A stretch of 63,377 nt of DNA, the filler included, from Trichomonas gallinae (Eukaryota), in NCBI GenBank assembly GCA_008369845.1. It is 5 parts of 5 records of this genome, joined end to end, with 100 filler letters (N's around TTAATTAATTAA, not from the genome) between each part and the next. Parts side by side here need not be neighbours in the genome. Positions count along the whole stretch, not along the records: positions 1 to 19,617 come from MRSU01000304.1; 4 more parts are not named here. One strand, given 5' to 3'. The translations under genes and the position numbers were made by a program. The notes under the pieces were generated by a model that saw nothing but the letters and a program-made list of their open reading frames with translations, was not told the origin of the DNA and did no database searches. Position 1 is the first letter of the stretch. Each line of letters begins with the position of its first letter. Below are positions 1 through 11,131 of the stretch, piece by piece.

Positions 1-915
1 TTCTATGATTTGGTTGTACTCCTTCGTCTGCATGTCGTCGATTTTCTTTTTCTCTTCCAAAAGTGAATTTATTTTGTTTAGTTTCGAATCTGTTGATGAA
101 ATTTTGTTTTGGATGTTAATAATTTTGTTTTCTCTGTGTTTATATGTCCTCTGCATGTCGAATTGAAGTTTCTCTATTGTTTGAGTTCTTTCTTGATATT
201 TCGAAATTTTTCCTCTAGTTTGAGCAACAAATGCATCATATTCATCCCTTTGTGCTAGAATTTGTCCCTGATGTTGTAATGTCAACTGTTTTAAAGTTTC
301 ATTCTGATTTTTAAGCGAATTAAGATTTTTTTGAATTGAATCAATATAAGTCGTCTGTTTCTGTATTTGTTGCGTCAATGGTTGGATTTCTGTTTGTAGA
401 GATTGTATATCTTTATTATAAGATTCGAAAGTTTTATTATCAACTGGTTCTTCGATTTTTGGGTCTTTTTGCTGTACAGTTTCCATAAATTTAGCATGTT
501 TATCTAATTCTGCAGTATTTAATTCGAGTTGTTTTGTTAATTGATCGAAAACTTGTTTATTTGTTTCAATTGTTTCAGCATTGTTTTTGTTTTGTTCTGA
601 AACAAGTTCGTATTCTTGAGTGAGATCTTTTTCGTATTCGTCAAGCTCTTTTAATTGCTCTGCGTATTCGTTATTAAATGTTTCTTTGTCTTTTTTTAAT
701 TGGGTATCGATATTGATTAAATTTGATGCATAAATATTTAATGTTCCTGTACGTTGTTTAATTTCTTCAACTTGAATTTTACATTTTGCTGCAAATTGTC
801 GTAAAGTTGTTTCTTTCGCATTTATTTCCGATATTCGAGCAGAAATATCATCAGGGACATTATCGAGGCTCTCTTGCACTGCTTGATACTCATTCAATTC
901 TTCATTAATCATCAT
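1..915 (-). CDS. Coiled-coil protein, 3'-truncated by the window edge (absent from the supplied ORF track)
   Basis: ATG at 915; hand translation gives MMINEELNEYQAVQESLDNVPDDISARISEINAKETTLRQFAAKCKIQVEEIKQRTG..., an E/K/Q-rich heptad-like sequence with no stop seen toward position 1. Confidence 0.8.
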   Translation of the reverse strand, partial: MMINEELNEYQAVQESLDNVPDDISARISEINAKETTLRQFAAKCKIQVEEIKQRTGTLNIYASNLINIDTQLKKDKETFNNEYAEQLKELDEYEKDLTQEYELVSEQNKNNAETIETNKQVFDQLTKQLELNTAELDKHAKFMETVQQKDPKIEEPVDNKTFESYNKDIQSLQTEIQPLTQQIQKQTTYIDSIQKNLNSLKNQNETLKQLTLQHQGQILAQRDEYDAFVAQTRGKISKYQERTQTIEKLQFDMQRTYKHRENKIINIQNKISSTDSKLNKINSLLEEKKKIDDMQTKEYNQIIE

Positions 916-1289
916 TTCGAAAATAATTAGAAAATAAACGTCTTTTTTAAAAAGTCACGTAAACTATCTTTTTGTCATGTAAATTAATGACAAGTAAATG
1001 ATTATTTTGACATGTAATAATTCTAATATTGACACATAAATATTTTATTTGTCATGCATTCAATTGACATGTAAAATTATTTTATGACATGTAAGCATTA
1101 TAATATGACATGTCAAATATTTATTTTTGACAATGATTTGTTCTATTATATTGGTTGAGTATCGATATTAGAGTGAATTGATATTTGTAATATAAAGTGT
1201 CATTGAGGAAGTAAGTAGGTAAATAAGGAAGTAATTCATGATATTGATATTATTTAAATATAAACAATACAAACAAAACATAAAAATTA

Positions 1290-2678
1290 TTAGTCCTGAG
1301 GACGTAGTTCGGGAAGCATTGACTGTGGTTTTTGAACTTTCTTGATTTCTTTCATGTTTAGCCATGGATGCTGCAAAAGTTGAGAAGCAGTTGTCCTTGC
1401 AATAGGATCCCATGTTAAACATCTGGAAATAAAGTCTTCATATACAGGATCGTTGGATTTCAAAGCTTTTGCAAGTGGAAGAGAACCTGGTTTTCTTGTT
1501 CTCACTGCTCTGTTAATTTTCAGTCTGTAATTTTCATCGAAAAACTCACTGCGACGCTTACCTTGCTTGACTAAGCCTGTATTTGGCGATCCAAGCACTT
1601 CTGCGATCATCGATAATTGATCGAGTTCGTTTTCGCCAGGAAATAGTGGCTTTCCGAGAAGCAACTCAACAACAATGAGCGCAAAGCTCCAAATATCCAT
1701 CGGTGGACCGTATTTTACACCGATCATAACTTCAGGTGCTCTGTAGAACCTACTCTGTATATATTCGTACTTCTGGTGTCCATCGAAGCAAGAACTGCCG
1801 AAATCTATAAGTTTACAATGAGATTTATTATCTTGGCAAACTAAAACATTTTCTGGCTTCAAATCGCAGTGAACTATTCCAAGTCTGTGGCACTGCTCGA
1901 TGCCGTGAAGCATTTCAATTGCATATTGGCGAACTAATTTCACCGGAAGTGGACGATATCCATTTGCTTGAGAAATCTCGTAAAGATTTTTGCCGAGAAT
2001 CTCGTATGTGATGCAAATATGAGACCTGAAGATGAAGAAGTCAAACGCACGAACAATAAAAGCAGAATTCGATTTATTGAGTTTTGCTAATATTTTTGCT
2101 TCTATTTGGCCTTGTTCGTGCATCTGTTCTGTACTGACTATAACCTTCACTGCAACTTTCTTTTTCGCTTTATGATCATAACATTGTAAAACTTGACCGA
2201 AAGCTCCAGCACCAAATGACGATAATATTTCAAATCTATATGCTAAGTGATCTCCGTTGATTATCTTGTAATTGTTGTTTGAGTCATCGAAACCGATATT
2301 ATGTTTATCATTTTTATTTGGTTCGATTTTTCTACTTCTTTGACCTAAGAAGAAGACTTCTGGGAACTGGTTGATTTCTGTTCGTTCGAAATTAGTGAGT
2401 AATGGCGCATAATTTTGTATTGCCAAGTGAGGAGAAATCGGCCCGTTAGGGATAACAGGGCTTAAAACAGGGTTGTTAGTTCTAGCTGATGCAGGGACTG
2501 CTTTCCTGAAGCGTGGGTTCTGCTGGTTGGCGTGATTTCTCGTTGTTTGCGGAATTTGGTCCGGCTCAACGACTTTATGCTGTTGAACATGCCTCCTTCG
2601 TGGCGGCTTCTCAACAGGAGGTGGTTGGCTTGGAATTGCTGGATAATGTCGCACATTATGCGCAACAACTCCAAGCAT
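1290..2678 (-). CDS. DYRK-family (class 2-like) dual-specificity kinase
   Basis: DH-box-like FDDSNNNYKIINGDHLAYRFE, GAGAFG loop, VAVK, HCDLKPEN, DFG, and YxY activation loop KYEYIQSRFYRAPE. Confidence 0.93.
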   Translation of the reverse strand: MLGVVAHNVRHYPAIPSQPPPVEKPPRRRHVQQHKVVEPDQIPQTTRNHANQQNPRFRKAVPASARTNNPVLSPVIPNGPISPHLAIQNYAPLLTNFERTEINQFPEVFFLGQRSRKIEPNKNDKHNIGFDDSNNNYKIINGDHLAYRFEILSSFGAGAFGQVLQCYDHKAKKKVAVKVIVSTEQMHEQGQIEAKILAKLNKSNSAFIVRAFDFFIFRSHICITYEILGKNLYEISQANGYRPLPVKLVRQYAIEMLHGIEQCHRLGIVHCDLKPENVLVCQDNKSHCKLIDFGSSCFDGHQKYEYIQSRFYRAPEVMIGVKYGPPMDIWSFALIVVELLLGKPLFPGENELDQLSMIAEVLGSPNTGLVKQGKRRSEFFDENYRLKINRAVRTRKPGSLPLAKALKSNDPVYEDFISRCLTWDPIARTTASQLLQHPWLNMKEIKKVQKPQSMLPELRPQD

Positions 2679-2880
2679 TTATTTTTTAAATTCGTTAATT
2701 TTAATTTTTGACAATAAATTTCCATAGAATCAGTTTACATGACAATTTTTTTTTCATTCATCAAATATCAATTTTTAACTCCAAATATATGATTATCTTC
2801 TCCATATATTAGTTAATTTTCGCAACATATATATAAATCTTTATATAAACAAACAAAAAACATAATATATAAAAAATCAA

Positions 2881-5655
2881 TCAAATTTCATAGAATGATT
2901 GTCTCCTTCTTGAAATTGATGTATGCTTACCGATATTACATAGTGGTGCCAAAACAACCATGACGTTAAGTAATATAGAAATTAATCCAACTAAAACCAA
3001 GGGCAAAATCATTATCCCTCCAACGAAAAATCTGTCGTTGATCCCTATTTCTTTCGGTGTAGGATATGTGCATTCGCCTTTTTCTATGCATGATACATCT
3101 CTAAATGCATAGTTATACAATCTGTTCGATGATGTCAAATAGTTCTCCATTTTTATAAATTTCAGCATTCTATCATACATGATTTTACCGTCATTCGATC
3201 CTACTTTTATTGGCTCTGAAGTATTCTTCCTCAAACATGTCGGGAAAGAGCCAATTTCATAGTAATGCGCTCCATTTGGATCCCCAGTATGTGTTTTCAG
3301 CAGAGAAACCCCTTCTCTGTAATCTGCCATAAAAGTCGTCAATGAATAAGATCTCCAATCTTCAATATTTCTGTAGACATTTCTGTTCTTTGAGACTATA
3401 TCGTTAGTCAAATCTAAAAGATTCCTGCTTCTTCTATGCGTAGGTGGAAGCTCTGTTCCATTTATTTTTGATAGTATATCTTCTAAAGTATAAACTAAGT
3501 CGTTGTGGTCTGTTGGTAGTTTTAGAGTTTTTCCTGATATATTCGTGAGATGTAAAATATTTTTGATGTTTTCATCATTACCTAAATATCCAATTATTGC
3601 TCCAGTTGTGAAGAAGCTATCTGTGCCACTGGAGCCTCCAACGCAGTCTTTAGCGTAGATTACTCCATCACCATAATCATGTCCGCTCTTCATAACAGGT
3701 ACATCATTCATTCCACTTTTTCCTGTTATAACAAATATTGTGTTGTTATCAGTTTGGCTGAGGAAATCTAAAACTCTGCCTATTTGGTATTTATCTGAGT
3801 ATTTCATCATTTGTACGAATCTTTGTAGTCTGTATTCAGATGACATAGAGTTTAAGTCTTGGTCATATGGTTCGTAAAACAATTCGTCATCGAATCCATT
3901 GTACGGCTGGGAAGTTTCTACGCCTTCGAAAACAGCGAAAATAGGCTGTTGTGATTTTTTCGGCCATTTTGATATAAATTGTTCTGCGACGATTCTATCT
4001 GGATATATTCCGTCCTTGATCTCTTTTGGATAGTCGTCTTGGTCTATATCTAAATCTTTGATGTTATCTGGCGAAATTTTGTATGTTTTGTCGAACCATG
4101 TCGGGAAATCGATGCCATCTAAAGATTCAGTCATTGATTTTATTTCTCGCTCATTGCAGTGCCTCAGTTTGTGCCTGAGATATATGATATCATCATTCAT
4201 TTCTTTCGTTAAATTGTGGCAATTTAGGTTATATAGGGCTTCTTCTCTCGCTGTTCGTCTCCAGACCCAGTATTTCTCGTGTGACGAATCTATTGGCTTG
4301 CCACTGAAATATAATGTCTTGTAGCCGCCTGAATGCAGAAAAGAAGGAAGATCATCTGAATGAATATTGAATCCATCTTGCATATTGGAAAATGACTGTG
4401 ATGGTGGGATTCCTGTCATTAGTGAGTGCCATCCATAGTCAGATGGGCTTCCTAGAGCAGTCATTCCTGAAAATGCGACGCCTAATTCTTGATATTTACC
4501 TAGACCAGGGAAACTCATTGGATTTATAAATGGTTTGGAAGAAAGAATACGTTTTCTACTGCCTTCTTTGGCATTAACGTGTTCTGCAATAAAATCTTTC
4601 GAAAATAACGGAAAAATCGGGGTTAAGCTCTCAAATAGCAAAAATACTACATTTGGTAGCTTTGCCACAGGTTTCTGTGGCGTTGGATTGAAATTTAAAC
4701 ACTTTTGTGGGTATTTATTATATGCACAGTAAGCTTTGATGCCAGAATGAACTGCAGGGAATTCAGGATATAGCCTTTCGTCGAGCCACATCCTTCCCGG
4801 CGGTAGAAAGTAACGAGTTTTATTAACTAGTGTTTCGTTATTGATTTTTCGAGTGTCATAATGATGTAATGATAAATATGATGCTTCTAAGTATGTTAGC
4901 TTTGAATATTTCGAAATATTTGAAAATGATGGAATGAAAAATATTATCAATGTCGTCAAAACTGATAAAGACGCAACGTAATGAAATATTTTTGCTATTG
5001 AGTCAAATTCATAATCATCTGACTCTTCATTTTGAGGAATACCGTATTCTAAAAATTTCGATGGAATTGAAGCAATATGTACCTCAGATTTCGATATATC
5101 GTTAATTATTTTGCTGATTCTATGGAATAAAAGATCGAGTTGTACATATATCCATCCGCATAAAAAGAAAAGTGAAACAGCGAAGAATAACTTGTTTTGG
5201 AATATAAGATTTCCAAGCATTCTAGCGAAATTTCTCGCTGTGGGTTCGTGTTTCGTTTTAATATTTAAAGGTGCGGAAAATGTTTTTGTGTCTGTTGCTC
5301 TTCCGAACATAACCCTGAACGTGGTTGGCGTAATGAACTCCATGTTGTTGTAAATCGATGTGTAATTTACGAAATTTAGGATGAAAATTGATAAATAAAT
5401 TCCATAGTAGAAGATTTTGACGAAAAAGCTTGGGAAATGGTAGTTAACCACGAAGTATCTGTCAGACCAATAATGAAAACATGCGATTAAGCAGAATTCG
5501 GAGATCTGGTGTAAAAATGAGATTACCAGATTCGTGAAACTACCGAAAGGATTCGCACCGAATGGGGGCTTTAAGACGGCAAACCAAAGATATAGATATA
5601 TCGTTGGTGAACTGCCGAAAATAAATATCACCCATGGAGTTATCGAGTGTTTCAT
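2881..5655 (-). CDS. Multi-pass membrane protein with an alkaline-phosphatase-superfamily (LtaS/sulfatase-like) domain
   Basis: About 5 N-terminal hydrophobic helices, LPNVVFLLFES, SLMTGIPP, GYKTLYFSG, TIFVITG and a C-terminal TM. First ATG is at 5655; the ORF track starts at TTG 5670. Confidence 0.7.
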   Translation of the reverse strand: MKHSITPWVIFIFGSSPTIYLYLWFAVLKPPFGANPFGSFTNLVISFLHQISEFCLIACFHYWSDRYFVVNYHFPSFFVKIFYYGIYLSIFILNFVNYTSIYNNMEFITPTTFRVMFGRATDTKTFSAPLNIKTKHEPTARNFARMLGNLIFQNKLFFAVSLFFLCGWIYVQLDLLFHRISKIINDISKSEVHIASIPSKFLEYGIPQNEESDDYEFDSIAKIFHYVASLSVLTTLIIFFIPSFSNISKYSKLTYLEASYLSLHHYDTRKINNETLVNKTRYFLPPGRMWLDERLYPEFPAVHSGIKAYCAYNKYPQKCLNFNPTPQKPVAKLPNVVFLLFESLTPIFPLFSKDFIAEHVNAKEGSRKRILSSKPFINPMSFPGLGKYQELGVAFSGMTALGSPSDYGWHSLMTGIPPSQSFSNMQDGFNIHSDDLPSFLHSGGYKTLYFSGKPIDSSHEKYWVWRRTAREEALYNLNCHNLTKEMNDDIIYLRHKLRHCNEREIKSMTESLDGIDFPTWFDKTYKISPDNIKDLDIDQDDYPKEIKDGIYPDRIVAEQFISKWPKKSQQPIFAVFEGVETSQPYNGFDDELFYEPYDQDLNSMSSEYRLQRFVQMMKYSDKYQIGRVLDFLSQTDNNTIFVITGKSGMNDVPVMKSGHDYGDGVIYAKDCVGGSSGTDSFFTTGAIIGYLGNDENIKNILHLTNISGKTLKLPTDHNDLVYTLEDILSKINGTELPPTHRRSRNLLDLTNDIVSKNRNVYRNIEDWRSYSLTTFMADYREGVSLLKTHTGDPNGAHYYEIGSFPTCLRKNTSEPIKVGSNDGKIMYDRMLKFIKMENYLTSSNRLYNYAFRDVSCIEKGECTYPTPKEIGINDRFFVGGIMILPLVLVGLISILLNVMVVLAPLCNIGKHTSISRRRQSFYEI

Positions 5656-6059
5656 CCTAAAATCTTTCAAATTTTTGTCACATTAGAAAAATCGTTTGTC
5701 AAAAATTTCATTTTCAGACAAAAATGTATTTTACTGTTTTTAGCATGTGCATCTTTTGATAATTCTAAATTTCGCTTTTAAAGGTTTGATCATCATTTCA
5801 TTTGTCATGTAAAATATAATATATGACATGTAAATTTTAAAATAAATTTCAGTTCATTATATCATTATAATAATAATTCCTCATTATTATTGCTGTTTGT
5901 CAAGTTTTGAATATATGAAGTCGAAGATATTTGCGTCATAATAATATATGCTTAAAAAATTTAAATTTTTGCATATATAAAAAGTTTTATAGTTTGAATA
6001 TGCAATATATTGTAGAATAATTGATAAAAAGTAACATAATTTATTTTCATAACATAAAA

Positions 6060-7895
6060 CTAATATTTTGTCTTCAATTTTGGTCTTTTGTCGACTTTAG
6101 GTGCTGTAACGACATCAATTACAGCCATATCTTCTGATGTGACGGGAGTTTCTTTTCTTGCTGATCTAACTATAGTTTTAGACGAATCCACCTTCTTAAT
6201 AACAACAGGTTTGGCATCTTCTTCAATTTCTTCTTTTTCATCATCATCTTCAACTGTTTCTAGTTTTTCTATCGGCTTAAAGTTCTCGACTCTTTTAGTA
6301 ACAACTCTTTGTATAAATTTACCGAGAGTTGAAACAGCATTTTGCGATGAATTGTCATCAGATATAACAATAGAAGCCAGAGGCACACTGTACTTAAGCA
6401 GATCTTCAACACTAAGTTTTGTTGTGCTCAGTAAATTCAATATTGCTTCTGATGCATCATATGAAGGAAACTCGATGAATTTCGCGCCAACATTATGAAA
6501 TGTTTGTCTTGCTAATTCAATTGGATTAGACTTAGAAATACATGCACTTAATGCTTTAATTGTATGTGGGAATGATGATGCGTCGCATTCGTTGATAGAT
6601 GCAGCTAGTTTTGGAATCAAGAATGAATTAATTTCATCTTTCGAAAGCGAATCGATTAAATGCGGAATTTGTTTCACTGCTTCTATGTGTAATTTCTTTG
6701 AATCTGTTTCTAGTGCTGCTGTATATATAGGATATAATATCTCAAAGTGTCTTTCTTCTGGAATCAAATCAATCAAAATCTCTATGCATGCAAAAATCGA
6801 CATCGATAATTCTATTGGATTGGTTATAGTTAAATACGGCTGAATTACAGGGAAAATTGTTGTCATGAACGAGCCTCTTTCGCATCTATTTCCGATGTTT
6901 ATCAATAGAGGAATAACAGCTGGCGAGAACCTGACATCTTTAGATAACTCGTCAATCAAAAACGGAACAATTTTTTTCATTATCAGTCTCGAAGAGAGAT
7001 TTGGCAAAACTTTGAAGATTCCTTTCAAGAAAGTAAACTTGTCATGCGGATTTTTAGAGAAAGCCTGGTCTATATATGTGTATACTTGCGTTGACAAGAC
7101 GCAGATTCCTGTGCATTTCTTTATCTGATCGAATGAAGGCCTGTTTGCTGGTAAATCATCGAAACATGCGGAAAAGACTTCTCGTGTTTCTTCTTCAATA
7201 GAATGCGGAATCAATGAGTCTGTGTTAATTCCTGGTCGTTCGTAAAGAGGCCTTGTTATCAAAAGAGAGCAAATCAAAGATGCGAAACTGAATACATCTG
7301 ATTTGAGTGTAACATTCTTTCCACTGTATTGTTCAGGCGACATTATACTTGTTGGTACTGAAAATGGTTGTGTTGATGGTTTTAGAACTAAAATAGAGTT
7401 TTCATCTTCAGCAATTTGACAACTGAATGCAAAATTTGTTAATTTTACAGAAAAATCACTTGATAAGCAAAGTGAATCGGGTGAGAGACATAAATGAGCA
7501 ATTTTAGCCTTATTGTGAAGAAAATCTAAAGTTTCAGCTAATTGTTTAGCAATGTAAAGTATTTCGTCCTTTGATAGTTTTGCATCGAGACTTACATTCA
7601 TTTCTATGGGCTCTGATGAAAAAGAAAGCGGTTGCCCTTGTTCGTTAATATCTAAAATTTTTAATATATGCGGGAATATTAATCTTTTTTGTGTTTGCAG
7701 ACCTGCGAGACAATTTTTAACATAGCTGTCAATAGTATTTTGTGATTTCGCTTTCTTTTGCATCGCTTCAATATCTAATTGCCATAAACAGACTTTTTCT
7801 TGAGTGGATTTCTTTACCGCTGTGTGAACTTTCCAATATCCAACATTGAATAATGGCGAAACTTGGTCATAATTATCAGAAACCCAAGCACCCAT
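6060..7895 (-). CDS. SCY1-like pseudokinase with HEAT repeats
   Basis: WKVHTA, KRLIFPHIL, AKIAHLCLSPDS (no catalytic Asp), KLTNFAF (no DFG), helical HEAT region with DKFTFLKG. First ATG 7895 gives MGAWVS. Confidence 0.85.
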   Translation of the reverse strand: MGAWVSDNYDQVSPLFNVGYWKVHTAVKKSTQEKVCLWQLDIEAMQKKAKSQNTIDSYVKNCLAGLQTQKRLIFPHILKILDINEQGQPLSFSSEPIEMNVSLDAKLSKDEILYIAKQLAETLDFLHNKAKIAHLCLSPDSLCLSSDFSVKLTNFAFSCQIAEDENSILVLKPSTQPFSVPTSIMSPEQYSGKNVTLKSDVFSFASLICSLLITRPLYERPGINTDSLIPHSIEEETREVFSACFDDLPANRPSFDQIKKCTGICVLSTQVYTYIDQAFSKNPHDKFTFLKGIFKVLPNLSSRLIMKKIVPFLIDELSKDVRFSPAVIPLLINIGNRCERGSFMTTIFPVIQPYLTITNPIELSMSIFACIEILIDLIPEERHFEILYPIYTAALETDSKKLHIEAVKQIPHLIDSLSKDEINSFLIPKLAASINECDASSFPHTIKALSACISKSNPIELARQTFHNVGAKFIEFPSYDASEAILNLLSTTKLSVEDLLKYSVPLASIVISDDNSSQNAVSTLGKFIQRVVTKRVENFKPIEKLETVEDDDEKEEIEEDAKPVVIKKVDSSKTIVRSARKETPVTSEDMAVIDVVTAPKVDKRPKLKTKY

Positions 7896-9109
7896 AAAAT
7901 TTGTCACGTTTTCATTTCTGACACCTGACAATCTAACACTTTACAAAATCAGATTTTCTTGAAAAGTGGAATCCTTTAAAATCAAGTCTGTGGATACAGT
8001 ATTACCACAAGAATAATTTCTAGAAATTTTTAAAAAGTTATAAAACATACATGGAGATTTTAGTTCATTAATAAAATAATAAGAATGATTTAAAATGAAA
8101 ATTATCAAATCATTAATTTTATGAAAAGTTTAGACAACATAGTTGTTGTGTTAGATACATAGAAGTTATATGCTATGTATGGATCTCCAATATCTATTTC
8201 AAATGGCTAGAAATGTTCCAAATTTGATCCTTAAGAATCACTGTTTATGGAACTTTTGTAATATATATCTCTGTAAATAAGCTAGTAAAAATCATATAAC
8301 TATTATAGATATGTAGGGTATATACTATAGTATATATGTCATAGCTTTCTATACTGTGTTATCTTCTGGTTATCCAAATAAATGTGAATTAATTTATACG
8401 TGAGCGGTAAATAAAAAAATTGAAGAAAGAAAATAACTAGTTATATAGGATTGAGGTTTCCTATATCCTATACATTAGGAATATATGGATTAGTGGCATT
8501 AATATAAATTTAAGAGTCTAAATATAATCGATCAAAAATTAAGGTGAGCTTATCAAATATGATATCTCACATTAATATAACTTATGGCAGTTAATATAAT
8601 GAAATACCAGTCAGTCCTTTAGCTATCATCATTATAAAATTTTGTTCTGAATTAACTGTAAATTCAAGATTTTGTCAAATTCCAGATGAATAAATCAAAT
8701 AACTAAGCAATGTAAATATCATTGCCGATATGCTCGAGTCTCAATTTCGAATGCAGAAAACTATTAAATCATAAATTTCGATATGAGCACATCACCAATC
8801 AGTTCCTTATCTCATAACTTTTAATGCTCCAGTCGCACAAAAGCCTTAAATCGAAGATAACGGTTTCCGAGATTTTGTTTTTTTGATGAATGATCGCTTT
8901 TTCAATACCTATAGATTCCTCCACCTGTAAGACAGCCTATTTCACTGCCTGTGAAGTTCAAAAAATAAAATCTTAATCATGAAAAAAATATGCTTAAAAT
9001 GTGAAATAAAGTAGTTATTTTATTTTTTTTTTTTTGTAAATTTTGAAAAATTTAATGAGCTCTCTTAAATTATTGACTGAGTTTTTAGAAAATATTTTAA
9101 TTAAAAATA

Positions 9110-11131
9110 ATGCTTGAATCTGATGCCATTCTGCATGAGATATTCACTGATGATGATTATAGGAACGTCAAGCTTGGTATGCAGATACAGGATCTTCTCG
9201 AAAAACTTCCTACACATGATTCTAGAGAAATTGCAGAAGTATTAGCGAAAACAAGTATTGTTCATACAGATGAAGGGATATTTAAGCTTTGCTGTAACAT
9301 AGTCGAATTCATGGAAACGTATTCAGGCAATAATGCTATTTTTGCAGAACTTTTCGATAATCTTTACAAATTATCTGGTCCTGACAATAAACTCGCGATG
9401 ATAAAGGATATCATTCTCAAATTTATGCTCGATGCCGATTACTTTGTCCCACATATATCAGCAAGACTCACACAAGCGTATTTTTTAGCTGTTCACTGGA
9501 AATCTTATCATTTGACTGAAGAAGCAATCATCAGCGCAATGAAACACTACCACCAGCAATGCCCGTTGTCTGAAGAACCTTTTATTTACTTTTTCATATT
9601 TTTCAAATCTGCAATTCAAAGAATTGATCCAGAATTTTTCACAGTTGCTGACCAATTCGTATCTAGTGCCATTAGAAACAAGAGATCATTCTCAGATTGC
9701 TTTAATAATTCCGTAACTTTATCTTTCGACGTCTGGCATGAGCTTTCTGATTCTGTTGAGAGAGGAGAGTTCCCTGCACCCATAGTGAAGATAATCTGGG
9801 ACGATGACATCGAAAGCTTTCAGAATTTGGCTTCTAATTTTGAATTTGATATTAATCAAAAAATTCCAAATATTACGTTTTTACCATTGACATCCACATT
9901 CAAATCGGCAACACTGACAGAATTCGCTGCGTTTTCTGGCGCATCTAAGATATTTCATTATTGCATATCTCATGGTGTTGATATTTCGATGCCATCGATG
10001 TGCTTGTATACTATCCCTCAACTTGCAGCTGCTGGTGGTAATTTTGAGATCATTAAAACAGTTGCACAACTGCATCTTCCAACAAGCGGAATTGCGCAGA
10101 CAGCAGTGATGGCCAGAAGGCGAGATGTATTCGAATTTGTGCAAAGATTCTTCCCATATGACATAAATACTCTAATTCCAAGATTGGGCAGCGTATTCAT
10201 GCAATGCTGCTCTTGTGGCGATTTAATCGGCGCAGTGGACTTGATTTGCCAAGGAGTTGACCTCAATGCTAGAGATAACCTAGGTCAGATACCAATAAAC
10301 TTCGCAATAAGGAACGGAAAAAGAGATATAACGAAAATGTTATTAAATCATCCAAAAGTGAACTGCACTTTAAAGGATCAATCGGGAAACACATGTTTAC
10401 ACTACGCGGCTGAATACGGACACGATGACATAGTCATGGACATTTACAAGCGTGGTGGACTCGACGTGAACGAGCAGAATGACATGGGATTCACTCCGCT
10501 GATGATGGCATGTTTCAGGGGCAAATTGCGCGTGATTAAAAGATTAACGCAGCTTAAAGAGCTCAACTGGAACATCAAGACATCATGGGGACTCACAGCT
10601 CTGTCTATTGCCGTGCAGAGTGGATATCCAGAGATTGTCAACTATTTGCTGACGATTCCTGAAGTTGACGTGAACACATCTGATAATAATGGAAAGACTC
10701 CACTTCATTTTGCTGCAGAAGCTGGCTTCGCGTCGATGGTGCAAATCATGCTGAACTGCGACAGAGTTGATATAAATGCAAAAGACTCTGAAGGAATGAC
10801 TCCATTGCATGTTGCAAGTGAAAATGGCAACGCAGAAATTGTCGCGTTATTAATGGAAAATTCTAACATCAATCCAAACATCACAGACTTGTTCGGAATG
10901 ACTCCTCTTCACTACGCAGTAAGGAACTCTAAGATCGAAGCAGTTGCAGTTCTTCTGTCATCAACGAAGACGAATCCTAACCTGAAGGATAGAAGAGGAA
11001 GAGGGCCGCTTCAGTATTCGAAGATAAAGAAGATCAACGAGCTTGTTGTCAGTCATCCATTGTACGAAGGAATGGAAGAAGATGAACTGGGAATGTCACC
11101 AGCTGAAGCAATCCCATATGGAATTGCATGA
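9110..11131 (+). CDS. Ankyrin-repeat protein with trichomonad-type helical N-terminus
   Basis: About 9 GxTPLHxA-type repeats (GKTPLHFAAEAG, GMTPLHVASENG, GMTPLHYAVRN). Confidence 0.92.
   Translation: MLESDAILHEIFTDDDYRNVKLGMQIQDLLEKLPTHDSREIAEVLAKTSIVHTDEGIFKLCCNIVEFMETYSGNNAIFAELFDNLYKLSGPDNKLAMIKDIILKFMLDADYFVPHISARLTQAYFLAVHWKSYHLTEEAIISAMKHYHQQCPLSEEPFIYFFIFFKSAIQRIDPEFFTVADQFVSSAIRNKRSFSDCFNNSVTLSFDVWHELSDSVERGEFPAPIVKIIWDDDIESFQNLASNFEFDINQKIPNITFLPLTSTFKSATLTEFAAFSGASKIFHYCISHGVDISMPSMCLYTIPQLAAAGGNFEIIKTVAQLHLPTSGIAQTAVMARRRDVFEFVQRFFPYDINTLIPRLGSVFMQCCSCGDLIGAVDLICQGVDLNARDNLGQIPINFAIRNGKRDITKMLLNHPKVNCTLKDQSGNTCLHYAAEYGHDDIVMDIYKRGGLDVNEQNDMGFTPLMMACFRGKLRVIKRLTQLKELNWNIKTSWGLTALSIAVQSGYPEIVNYLLTIPEVDVNTSDNNGKTPLHFAAEAGFASMVQIMLNCDRVDINAKDSEGMTPLHVASENGNAEIVALLMENSNINPNITDLFGMTPLHYAVRNSKIEAVAVLLSSTKTNPNLKDRRGRGPLQYSKIKKINELVVSHPLYEGMEEDELGMSPAEAIPYGIA

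Noticed and set aside
952..1115. Periodic motif array as a CRISPR array
   Set aside because: Units are only about 10 bp and degenerate with 5-12 nt gaps; no cas genes; eukaryotic context.
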